Source: Bugula neritina
Lineage: Eukaryota > Animalia > Bryozoa
Direction: 5' to 3'
Assembly: GCA_964035545.1 (NCBI GenBank)
Contig: OZ037771.1
Span: 12,771,133-12,835,132 of the forward strand
DNA: 64,000 nucleotides
Shown: positions 52,301 through 64,000 of the stretch, in pieces
Layout of the letters: each line of letters begins with the position of its first letter
How positions within the stretch are numbered: position 1 is the first letter of the stretch
The notes under the pieces: generated by a model
The model's input: only the letters and a program-made list of their open reading frames with translations
Told to the model about the DNA's origin: nothing
Database searches by the model: none
Made by a program: the position numbers and the translations under genes

Positions 52301-55300
52301 ATGAATCCTCAAATGAGTAACCGGCCCAACATGAATCCCCAAATGGGTGACAAGCCTATTGCAAGTTCTGCCATGGGGATTATACCGAACACAAATTCTC
52401 AAATGGGCAACATGTCAAACATCAAAATGCAAATGGGGAATGTGGCAAGCATGGCTTCACAGATGGGGAATGGATCGAATATGGATTTACCAATGGGGAA
52501 TATGACCAATATAAGTTCACAAACGGGAAATATGTCAAACATGACTTTGCCGATGGGAAACATGCCCAACATAAATTCTCAGATGGGAAATATGAACAGA
52601 AACATGCCCATGGGGAATATGCCGAATATGCCCATGGGGAGCATGCCAAATATGAATTTGCAAAACGAAGCTATGTCCAACAAGGGTTCTCAAATGGGAA
52701 ATTTCATGTCCATTGGGCAAGGTTCAATGGGTAATATGCAGAATAATGTTGGTCCTCAGATGAATAACATGCAAGCTAACATGATGGGTGGAATGATAAA
52801 CAGTTTTAATCAATTAGGCAATAGTATGGGAGGCATGGGTATGATGGGTGGTACGTCTGTGTTCAACACTCGCATTGATTCAAACCAAATCAATGCAAAC
52901 AATCGAAGAAATATGATGGGTAAACATGAGGATGGCCCCCCAATGAAAAGGATGAAAGGTCATGGGTTGAATGTCCATAATATGGGGAGGTAAGATTCAC
53001 ATTTGGCCTTTTTTAAAATGACAAATTTCTTTCTATAAACCAAACTCATTTTAAACTAGCTTTTAATCAATACAGGAATTTAAAGTTTTCTATTACAGTG
53101 CCAACAAAAAGTTTTGGCCATGATTAGTTTCAGCACCATTTCCAGCAACTAAAGTTTGTTTAGTTATGCTCCAATAAGTCTAGTAATTCCTAAATGCTCT
53201 AAAGATTATGTTTTAATTTGTAACCCTTAAGCAGTTTCCATTTCTATCTTGACATGTTCCAATTAACATTCAGACAAGTTAGTAAAGTAATCTCGAGGCA
53301 GTTGAAAAACTCTCTGACACACTTCATCTATATAGTATCAAACATTTATATATTTTCAGCTATTATCTGCAGACTGAAGGTTGTATGCTCAAACAATTTT
53401 TTTTATAATAATTTTTGTGCAAACATGTCTTCGATTACAGTAAAAGTTTCAAGGCAGCTCAGTTGGCAAGATATGTGTTGCAGCGGCCAAGAATAGCATG
53501 CAATGAAACTTAGCAATATATACTATTAGTTTTATAATATCACGAACTTCAAAGTTCTAAATGAATTTAAGACATGTTTGCACAAAATTTATTGTAAAAA
53601 TATTGTTTAGGCACCCTACCCTCAAACATCATGCAGATGAAAGCGAGGACATATATGAATATTTTAATGCTGTATGAACAAAGTTTGTCAGGAATAGTTA
53701 CTACTATTTTATGTTGGATTTTGAAACTCCTACTGACTGGCTACAAAAGAGTGACTGTCTGAATACCTGATTTTTTATACAAGAAAAAAGCTTTCCACTC
53801 ATAATTTTTGAAATTTCATTTTTTTTATTAAAAACTTCGGTTGAATCAATCACGTAACTAAAATTGCTATTTTTTATTTTCAATCTGCTACAAGTTTCTT
53901 AGTTATTGTTTGAATGGTTGTAATATACTCGTGGCTGTTATAGACTGCATTGCACTTTCAGTCGAGATGTCCTCTGATTAGCTCACTAACACTTTAAAAA
54001 AGTTTCAAATATGATCCTTGACCTACTTAGTAACTCATATGTCTGATGAGCTCTCGGCTCAACTGTTGAAAATTGTTTAAATTATTTGTCTTGTGTTTTC
54101 ATTTCGAAAATCGGAGTGGAGAGTATTTTTTTTCCTATCAACTTGATTCCAGCTTTACAAAAGTCTGTAAATAGTCGTTTAGCTGCTATCAATAATTGGG
54201 TATTTCCAAGTTACTACTTTGAATATCAAACAATTAAAATTAGTGAGTTTGTCTGCTATATAAGTCATAGACATAGTGTAATCAAACTGTTAGTTTCCAC
54301 TATCAGTCATGACAATTAAACCTAGTAAACAACTTAATTATCAGCTTAATTTGAAAAACAGCATTTCTACTATTCATACAACAACTTTAGTTGTCATTTA
54401 TAACTTTAAATTCAAAATTGTAGTTGCAGGCATCATTCTATTAATTCAGTGTGAAACTATTACTTTTATAGTCATAATGATACACCTGAAGTCTTTTGTC
54501 TTTTGCCAAAAGATTATTCACCTCCTAATTATTTGCCCTCTATACCTGAAGTGTTACCATTCAAACATAGTGATTCACTACAGTTGTTTGAACTTCTATC
54601 TTACTGCCTTCCCCTAGTTTTATTAATTATCGACAATGTATGGAATTGAAGTGTGTGATTGGTCTTGGTGTTTATGAATTGCTAGACTCATTGGTGTTCA
54701 ACTACATCTTTTTCATTATTTAAAATAAGCCAAGTTAATCATTGTTTAAGGGAGAGATTATTTTTTTCCCCAACAGCTAAGGAGTTTATGTTGTGACCAG
54801 GGCTCCCTAAAAAGTTGGTTGAGCATTTCAGTCTTAGAAAAGCAAAACGTCCCTTCCAATGATAGCTTTCCCATATAGCAAAAAATTAAAACTTTAGTAG
54901 CTACCTGTTTCAATACTTTTTATAGCTAAACATATTTTTTAAAAATCTGGTTTCATTGTGTATACATTCTGAAAATGAAGCATTGTGTGCACATTTTGCT
55001 GGTGACTAAAATGACATCAAGTTAGTGTCAATCAATTTTTCGCATTTACTGAACATGCTAGATTTAGTGCCACAGTTTTGTCAGTATGTCTCAATTGACT
55101 GCCATGGTTTTGAACAACTGGGACAGGTGCTAGCTAAATGAATTTATTACCTAAGTTTTATTCCTATACCTGCCATATCTCAAGATCTTCTGTCTAATTA
55201 TTTTTTTGTTCTACTAAACCTAACAGTGATAATCAACTTTAATTCTTTTGCAGTGCTCCCTACATACTTCAGTAAGCTACGGTCTCAATTTGTGGCATAG

Positions 55301-58300
55301 TAGAATATCTTATTTAACCCACTAATTCATTAAATTTAGCCGTTTTGTCTCTATACACGCATTCATAAGCCATAAAATGGGTCCAACCCCTTCTTGTGAC
55401 CTATAGAATTTTGTGAGGAAGGGATCAGTAAACTACAAAGGGAGCACTGTTATTCTTTCTAATATTGATTTTTATTTAATTTACCTCATAACTTGTATAT
55501 ATTTACAAGCTGATAGCACTAGATGAGGATATAAGCCAATATTGGCACTACCAATGACTTTTAATTGAAAATCCAAATTTTAGCTCAATAATGATTAGGA
55601 ATGCAATTGGTGTGTCCTTCGATGAGTGAAACTTCTTTATAAAAGGCAAAAAAGCCTGAGTATTATCTTCAGTATTATTATGTTACTCTACTGCTCATTT
55701 AAATAACTGGTTAAATCTTACTTTTTTGATTTTAAAATTGTATACAAGTGTTTATTTTATTGTACATTTAGCGTTTTTAGAGTAAAAAAATAATTTTATT
55801 TTAAGGATGTGCATATCAGATTTCAGATTATCATTCATTTCAAATAATTAACATATCTAGTTAAACCAGATACATTTCAGTTGGTAGCAATTTTATTGTA
55901 CATACAATTTTGCTTTTCTAATTATATGGTAATCATAAACTAGTGTCTTACTTATTCCGTGCTTTACTAACTAAACTTTTAACATTTACAATTGGGTCAT
56001 CTTATGCAATTTAGTACACACTATATATCTCTAATTTTCAGCTATTTTTGACAGTTTAGCATCTAATGTATACAGTTTCTTGCATTAAACTGATGAAATA
56101 TTAACTAATACAGCTGAAAAATCAAGACTTTGTCTAATTTTGCTTGATTTTCTATGGTTGTTTTTTAGGTGTACAGACCGTGCAGTTTTTCCATCATGGT
56201 CCCCACGCCTAAATTTACCGGAAAAATAGGAAAAAAACCATAGAAAATTAGGCAAAATTAAAAAAAGCCTTAATTATTCAGCTGCATTTGTTAATATTCT
56301 ATGGGTTTAATTCAAGAAACTATATACATTAGTTGCTCAACTGTTGAAATTAGCTAAAAACTAGAGATAGCGGTGTGTATTTCATTAAGTAAAATGACCC
56401 AATTGCTTTTTTGTTTAGAGTATTCTTACTTAATTTGTAACTGCCGCGACTTCTAATTAGTTAATTGCAGTATAAATATTCAAATTGCCTTTTTATTTAT
56501 GAGTAGTTATTCATAAAAAGCACACTAGAGCACTTCTGGCAAATGGTTTTGCACAGTTCTCTCAATATCATAATGAAGGTTTATATTGGTTATGTTGAAA
56601 ACCACTTTCCAAAAGTGCTTCAAGTAAATTTTTTATTTAATTAGGATCCTGTCTATCATTCCCGCTGTGAAGCTGTCCATAGCTTTTCAAAGTGGCTGAT
56701 TGCATAGATATACTTCTCCATATAGAAAAAAATTGATCTTCAAAGCTTTTCAAGCTATGGTTAAACAAGTATATCAAAGTTTAATAATCTAAATGCAAGC
56801 CTATTGAAGATTTAAAACCTGTAAAGAAAAAGTAATTACTGAGTTTTTAAATAAATTTGTTCCAGCAAATGGAGGCTGTTGGTTGGAATGGTGAATTTAT
56901 GAATTGAGCCATTTAGGAGCCAAGGACAAGCTATATCCTTCGATATTATACAGCTTACTTGATCTTTATCTATCTCTACTAATGAACTGTCAACAGAACA
57001 AAAACAATTATTTTGTTTTTAGCTTATGAATTAATTTTATTTAACTACCTCAGGCTGTTATTTAAGATTAAAAGTTGAATATTTTTTACTAAATTTAAAA
57101 TACGTATTATTAAGGTTATATAAGTCATATACAGGGTACCTTTGATTTATACCTTTTTCAGTATATACCTAACTTTATAAAAATGTAAAATGTCATCTGG
57201 TTTCACAATCCCAATATTAGCTAGTAAAACATGGGTTTCTTATAAAAGTGCCTTCTATGTCATTGGCTTAGTACATCTGTCTCAGTTGTTGGTTTTTCTG
57301 GCAAACACCCAATATTTTTCATTTTCACCTCTGTGGCACCCCAGGAATTTTTTAGTCTCGAACCAGCTGTTCACCTCATTGTTGCACATTTCCGAGTGTA
57401 GTGGTATGAACAAATACCACCTCACATTTGTTCTGAAACTTCACATCGCTAACTGTCATGTTGTTCATGTATCTGTGATATTTTAGTTCTGAAAATGATG
57501 ACCAGTATCCGCGTATGGGAGCTCCTCCGGTCGTGGTAAGTCTATCTGCCTTATCAAATTCACCTTCAAGCTTTCCTGCAGTTTGTCAAAAAAATTGGAT
57601 AATTTTTGCTACTCTTTGTAGGAGAAGACAAACCTGTTGCTCGGAGACCAGATTAAGAAGGCCCGCAGAGCCGGCTTAGATCTCAGCCGGATGCTAGTAT
57701 GCTGTCAGGTTCGTTGTGTAATGCTGCTGCTCATTCAGCATCTCTGTTCTGTGAAACAGCGAATCATAACTTTGATGGATCGTATTTAATTGAAAAAGCG
57801 CTGCATTATGCTGATGTCTTCATTGATAACACTTCACTACTGATGGGGTTATTAGAGGTCCTAATTATGCTATTGCTATTTGTAATCGTTAATCTTTTGA
57901 AAAAAGAGTCCCAACCCTTGCAGCACCAACTCACCACCGTTCCGGGCCGACTCCTCGTGTTATTTTCATTCTTAGATAATGGTAGCATGTAAGCAACAAT
58001 TGATATAAAAATTTTTACATGTTTCAAATGGTTGCATTTGATGAGTTAAATCAAGTGGATGTGGAAGTGTAAAGAATAGTGAATGTGTTTGTAGATATGT
58101 GACAATGTGTGGGGACAGAAAGCTCACCCTATACTGGACTATATACAGGACCATGTCAACACTCGAGAGCACACCAAGGTATTTCCTGTTTCACACGAAG
58201 TAATCTGTACCCTGCGTTATGTTTCTACAACAAGCTGTTATTTTTGCTATTTAAAGGATTTGTTCCAAATACGCTTGTGTTTTGTTGCAGGTTCTTGTTC

Positions 58301-61300
58301 CCTGGTTGATGTCTCACCCTAACCAGAGATACCAGGTAAGTACATCTTTGCTCCATCTGTATTTTCTCTACCTGCATATACCTGAATGTCCAGTCACCTC
58401 TGTACACTGAACTCTACCCTGAACTATTGAACTCTGAACTATTGAACTCTATACGGAACTGTCTACACTCAACTCTGTAGCTACAATCAAATCTGTATAT
58501 TGAACTCTGTACACTCAAATCTGTACACTGAATGCTGTCTGACTATCTCTGTAGGACATGCTGACCATTCCACCTGCCAACCACTCTGGTGAGAAAAGAA
58601 GATCCCTGGAGGAGAACCTCAAAGGAGCCTACTTCTGTGAGGTGAGTCACCAGTGATTTGGAGAAGGGGCAGTTGAATACATTGGCGTCCGCCTTTTCAG
58701 TCTCCCGCAGGCTTTAGCTTCATCTTGGTTTGCTGCTTACTTGTAGATCTGTGAAGTTCCTGCCGGCTACAACAAGAAAGACTGTAAGAAGCATTTGAAG
58801 AACGATCTTCACATCAAGAAGATGCTGGTAATCTTGTTTACCTTGTGTTACCATGGCTACGCTTTTAGTAGTTTGTTTACCTTGACTACACCTCTAATGA
58901 TGTGTTACCATGGCTATGCTTTTAGTTACTTGTTTACCTTGACTACACCTCTAATGATGTGTTACCATGGCTACGCTTTTAGTAGTTTGTTTACCTTGAC
59001 AACACCTCTAATGATGTGTTACCATGGCTATGCTTTTAGTTACTTGTTTACCTTGACAACACCTCTAATGATGTGTTACCACGCTATACTTTTAAATTGT
59101 AGGTTATCAAATCTGCAAGTCTCACCTCTCATCATAACGGCATATGTTTAAATCTTGTTTGCTACACTGAGTGTTCATTCATATTGCAAACATATTGGCT
59201 CTTGACTGCTAAATTCTGTCAATCAATATGAGGTCTAATACATGATATATCTGTACATTGCAGTATAATATATAACATGTTTTTATAGAAAATTGTGGGA
59301 CAGTTGCAGCCTCAAACCGCTGTCAATCAGAATGATGAACCAACAGAGCTGGTATGTCTAGTGTTTAGTTATATTGAGAATTGTACTTTCTCTGTTTGAT
59401 AGAAGTTAATAAAAAACAATAATCCTTACAGCAAGCTTAAATTCTTTGGTCATGTAAAATTGCCATCTTGCTAGCAATGCTATAAACACTTTGGAATGCT
59501 GTTTTTGTAATAGATGCTTTTAACAAAACTTCATCTGATTAGATGTCTTCAAATTCTTGAAACGGCTGTGATGCAGTCACATTCCTGCAGTCGCTATAGC
59601 ACAATGTCATTGCTGTTCATTCGTTTGATTGGGTGTTGTTTCAGAGAGATGTTGAGTACATTCTTGTTGCTCAGAGACTACCCAAACTTACCAGAGATAA
59701 AGATAGATTCAAAACATTCCCATGTCAGGTGAGGGTTACAGTATCAGGTGCTGTGAACCTTTTATTGAGCAATGTATGACATTAATGAAAAGTTACTTGG
59801 AAATAAAGTGTGTTAGCTTGTTCTCCGTATGGCCTTTTAAGCAATAATTATGCAGGTTTTGTGATATTTTCACGTATTCACAATAACAGCAAATGTTGTC
59901 ATTGATGTGGAAATTAAAATTATTTTTCTAGTCAAATGCATGTATAAGTCAACCAAATCTGGGTATATTAGTTTTTGCCTATATTTTGATTGTATTTGTT
60001 TAGTATGTCTTGTGAACATATTGTTTACAGACTTGTGCGGTGGCAGCGAATGATGTGGCACAGCTTACATTCGACAACTGGGTGGAGCATATGTCAACTC
60101 AGTTCCACATGTCGGTAAGTCTAGCCTACTGCATCTTCGTACTGGCACTGTCTCTGTGTACATATTATATGACTCAATGTTTGCAGTTTACACTATTACA
60201 TGCCTCCAGATATCTAGCAACACGTTATATTCGAATTCAACCATAGCGTAATAAAACCCACAAAAGTTTATTGTAACTATGCCTGTGAGAACCCTTGACC
60301 GAAAGTTTTTTTTTTAACTTGCACTGAGGACTTTTTTTAACTTGGCACTAGAGCAATTATGACTGGATGGTCTTCCTAACATCACCATTGGTGTTGGGAC
60401 TCGAACCACTGACCTCGTGTTTACTAGGCCAGCACTCTAACCACTACACCATAAGTTGATTTTAATTGGATATTGGGGAAAATTTCTTTTTGCTTTACCA
60501 ATAATAGTTATCTTTCTCAGTATTTGTTTTTAAGCATTGTTAAGGAAGATTAATATGAGAATGTTCTATTTTGGTTTACCAAGTATCTGTGTTTTGCTTT
60601 TAGATACTGTATGATTGGCTAGCTAGGTGCAAAGCCCCGGCTGCCTTGCCTTACAGGGTAGGTTGAGTACTTCTACGTCTGAATTACTTCTATTTAGCAG
60701 ATTATCTGTATTCTCACTGCCCTTACTCCTTCCACAGACTTGACAAACCTCTAAAAAACAACTAATTTGTTGAGTTTCATGTGAATGTTTCAAGCTAATT
60801 AGATACTAGATAGACTTTTTATTATTTACGTAACCCTTTGTTTAGCTAATGGCTTTTCGTGAGATCTTATCCTCATCTACACTATCTGTTATTCACAGCG
60901 AAGCATTCTTTTTACAGCACATGCTAAATTTTAAACCATACGAGATCAAGGAAAAGGAGAAGCCCCATTTCTTCTGTGAGGTAAGTCATGTTCTAGGCTT
61001 TTCTATTCCATTTATGCTCCCAGGCTCATAATTTCCCCTGCTTTTGAATTTTTAGGTGAGAAATTTTCGACAAGCAGTCTTCTGCAATTTTTTGTTTTAT
61101 TTTTACTTTTTTTAAAAATTTAAGCTGTCTGTAAAATTGCAAAAGCAGGACTATTATTTTGCTTTAGATTTGTTCCAAGCGAGTTGAACATGTAGATGAA
61201 CTGATACAAAAGCATTTAGAAAGTGACAAACACAAAGCAAAGTTCTATGTGAGTATTAACTTCAATCAGAAACAGTAGCATTTTCAACTAATACTTGTTG

Positions 61301-63889
61301 CAATATTCAGTGTTTAGCCAATAGTTTTTCAGTGTTATAGAACACAAGCTCCACCAGCAAACACTATTTTATTCATTAGTATGCTCACTAAATACTTCTT
61401 ATGATTGATGAAAAGTTTGTGGTATTAGCAGCATTGACTTAGTCAATGTTTGTGCGAGAATGTAGCTGTATGTAAAAGCTTTGTTAACAGGAGCTAAAGC
61501 AACGGATTGATCAAGCACTATCAGGAGGTCCTGTAACTAGAATACTTCCTGATGAAGACATGATGGACACATATCCAGATGATATCGACATGGATTGGAG
61601 ACACCCTGATGACATAAGAAGGGCAGAGATGGAGGAAGCCAAGCGCAGACTTGAAGAAGATCAAAGGAGGCAAATGGAAGAGCAAACGAGGCAACAGAAA
61701 CTAGACCAACAGCAACAGCACCAGCAAATGGAGCAGCAACAGAAACTTGAGCAGCGGCGACAAGAGCAGAGGTCACGGGAGGCCGAGCTGCGCGACCTTC
61801 GTGAACAGGAAATGCAGTTGTTGAGAGAGCAAAGAGAGAAAAATCTGCTCACAGAGAAAGAATTTGAAGATCAGCAGTGTAAGCTGATGTTGAAGCAACA
61901 GAAGATGGAAGTTAAACAAAACAATGCTGTTGCACCTGAAAATGCACCTTTGCAGTTTAGAAATGGCCAACAGCAAATGCCTATGAATAATCAGCAAATG
62001 CCCATGAATAACCAGCAAATGCCTATGAATAACCAGCAAATGCCTATGAATAACCAGCAAATGCCTATGAATAACCAGCAGATGCCTATGAATAATCAGC
62101 AAATGCCTATGAATAATCAGCAAATGCCTATGAATAACCAGCAAATGCCCATGAATAACCAGCAAATGCCCATGAATAACCAGCAAATGCCGACAAGCCA
62201 ACAGATTGGCCCCAACCAACAAATGGGGCCCAACAAACAACTGTCAAATAACCAAAAACAGGGTCCTAATCAGCAGATGCCACTGAACCAGCAAATGGGT
62301 CCCAATCAACAAATGCCGATGAACCAGCAGATCGGTCCCAATCAACAAATGCGCATGAACCAGCAAATGGTTCCTAATCAACAGATGCCGATGAACCAAC
62401 AAATGGGTCCTAAACAACAAATGGGTCCCAATCAACAGATGCCAATAAACCAACAAATGGGTCCTAATCAACAGATGCCCATGAACCAGCAAATGGGTCC
62501 AAATCAACAGATGCCAATGAACCAGCAAATGGGTCCCAATCAACAAATGCCCATGAACCAGCAAATGGGCCCTAATCAACAGATGCCAATGAACCAACAA
62601 ATGGGTCCTAATCAACAGATGCCGATGAACCAACAAATGGGTCTCAACCAACAAATGCCCATGAACCAGCAAATGGGACCCAATCAACAGATGCCAAATC
62701 AGCGAATGCCTATTGGCCAGCAGATGCCAATGAACCAACCTATGGCTATGAATGCACAGCAAATGCCTATGAATATGTTAAGAATGCCCATGAACCAGCA
62801 AATGGGGCAGCAACGGGTTATGAATCCACAGCAGATGTCTATGAATATGGGAATGCCTTTTAATCAAATGCAGCCACTGAACCAGCAGCAAATGATGCCA
62901 AATCAACAACGCATGCCCTTCAATAAACTTTTACCACCTAACCAAATGATGGGTCAAAATAAAAATACACAGATGTCACAAAAAGCTTCCCCTGCTAAAA
63001 ATCCAAATGCTTCACGCAGCAGTAATGTAGATGACTCTCCAAGTCGCAAGGAAAATAATATGCAACAGAGCAAGTCTGGTAGTGCCGAAAATGACAGCCT
63101 AGTTGATAAAACACAAAAGAAGTCATCAAAAAAGAAATTCCCTCCTGCCAGAGTAGCCAACCCCAATACTGAACTATTGCGCCAACTCAACCTTGATTAT
63201 GCCAAAGAAATAAATGCTACGAAGCCTGAAACAGGCGATCCTAGAAAGCCGGGAGATACTGAAACTCCTGGAACGGGAAACATCGACACATCAAAAGCTG
63301 GGGAAACTTCCGGGAAGCCGAAAGACGTTGCCATGGTCAAAAGTCACATTCCAAGAAATCGTGGTCCTCAGGTAAGTTTGAACGAAATCTGTTCTGTGAT
63401 CACAACGTTAGTTTTCGAACTTCTCTGCTATCTTACGACCCAAAGTGGCAATTTTGTTTTTATGTCCCTAAAAAGCACAAATAGGTCTGTTCCTTTCTCG
63501 TAATGGGTGCTTTCGCGAATTGGCTAGTTGTTATTAACTACCAATACCAATTATACTTGGTACAAATATATCAAAATTCCAACATCAATGGCAGTAATAT
63601 CAATAATACTAATATCGATGATATATATAACTTATAATGTAAGCTAGGCTGCTGTTGATATGCTTACAGAAAGTTTATTTGCTATATTTATAATGCTTTG
63701 AAAAACCTTAATCGTTTGCCTGTCCTCTTATTGATCTTATTTACTTGCTAACACTGATATATAAAAAATATTTGTAACTTGTATTGAAACCAGCGCCATC
63801 TATCTGTATTGTAGACATACGTGCTGTTTCCACAGAGGCTAGAAATTCTTGCCACTTTATCGGAGTTCCCCATGGACGCGTATTGTGAG
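49384..63889 (+). CDS. Large RGG/Gly-Pro-rich, M/N/Q-rich protein with multiple matrin/U1-type C2H2 zinc fingers (3' incomplete)
   Basis: Phase-consistent exons: 49384-50185, 50433-52989, 57487-57535, 57622-57708, 58095-58178, 58291-58335, 58555-58641, 58747-58827, 59289-59351, 59645-59728, 60031-60114, 60604-60657, 60918-60980, 61168-61248, 61491-63371 and 63815-63889. Fingers: CQICD..HVNTREH, CEICE..HLKNDLH, CQTCA..HMSTQFH and CEICS..HLESDKH. The window ends on an acceptor (TTTCTACAG). Confidence 0.88.
53310..53695. mobile_element. Degenerate foldback/MITE-like inverted repeat
   Basis: TTTTGTGCAAACATGTCTT (~53413) and AAGACATGTTTGCACAAAA (~53569) are inverted copies, with weaker complementarity extending outward. 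Confidence 0.6.
55251..55449. mobile_element. 199-bp MITE with 11-bp terminal inverted repeats
   Basis: CAGTGCTCCCT...AGGGAGCACTG. A related end, CAGGGCTCCCT, lies at ~54798. No clear TSD. Confidence 0.5.
55990..56404. mobile_element. ~410-bp imperfect palindrome (foldback MITE)
   Basis: AATTGGGTCAT...ATGACCCAATT with ~175-bp complementary arms, e.g. CTAATGTATACAGTTTCTTG / CAAGAAACTATATACATTAG and ATTTTCTATGGTT / AACCATAGAAAAT. Confidence 0.8.
58833..59085. repeat. 60-bp intronic minisatellite, ~4 copies, alternating A/B variants
   Basis: TGTGTTACCATGGCTA(C/T)GCTTTTAGT(AGT/TAC)TTGTTTACCTTGAC(T/A)ACACCTCTAATGA. Confidence 0.95.
60350..60452 (-). mobile_element. Partial tRNA-derived SINE (same family)
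   Basis: The reverse complement contains TGGTTAGAGTG..CCTAGTAAACACGAGGTC..GGTTCGAGTCCC..GATGTTAGGAAG..CATCCAGTCATAATTGCTC. Confidence 0.8.
61971..62700 (+). repeat. Coding tandem repeats: (QQMPMNN)x10, then QQMGPN/QQMPMN units
   Basis: 21-nt unit at 61971-62180, followed by 18/36-nt units. Confidence 0.95.
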
Positions 63890-64000
63890 GTAAGCACTTG
63901 CTTATAGTCTCATCATGACTGTATCAATCAGTGGATGAACATTAGACCTACACTGTCCCTCTCCTGGTATATGTGCTTTAACTGTTGTTCCTTTCTACAG

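Noticed and set aside
49463-52720. Overlapping alternative-frame and antisense ORFs (also at 61537-63190, 7609-9039 and 42922-43938)
   Set aside because: They are shadows of repetitive or real coding sequence in another frame.

Overview
This is AT-rich, intron-rich animal (probably invertebrate) genomic DNA, not prokaryotic. I reconstructed four spliced genes by hand from GT-AG sites and intron phases. (1) An uncharacterised single-pass membrane protein (minus, ~16.4-19.6 kb). (2) A type-I receptor with signal peptide, divergent C-type-lectin-like domain, 4 EGF repeats and a TM segment (minus, 22.2-32.4 kb). (3) An 11-exon SLC18B1-like MFS transporter (plus, 34.2-41.3 kb). (4) A very large RGG/prion-like protein with repeated matrin-type zinc-finger modules (plus, 49.4 kb to beyond the window end). 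Mobile DNA is abundant. It includes a young Gmr1-type Gypsy LTR element with apparently identical LTRs, a TSD and an intact Gag-PR-IN ORF but no reverse transcriptase, and a decayed R2-clade retroelement outside rDNA. There are also RTE, Penelope, Gypsy and BEL fragments, a tRNA-derived SINE family with TSDs, MITEs, and two copies of a minimal hammerhead-ribozyme motif. A ~240-bp satellite appears related to a coding-like exon. The most interesting candidates are the RT-less LTR element in the transporter 3' region, the modular zinc-finger/IDR protein, the hammerhead-bearing repeat and the exon-related satellite. All gene models are manual and lack transcript support.
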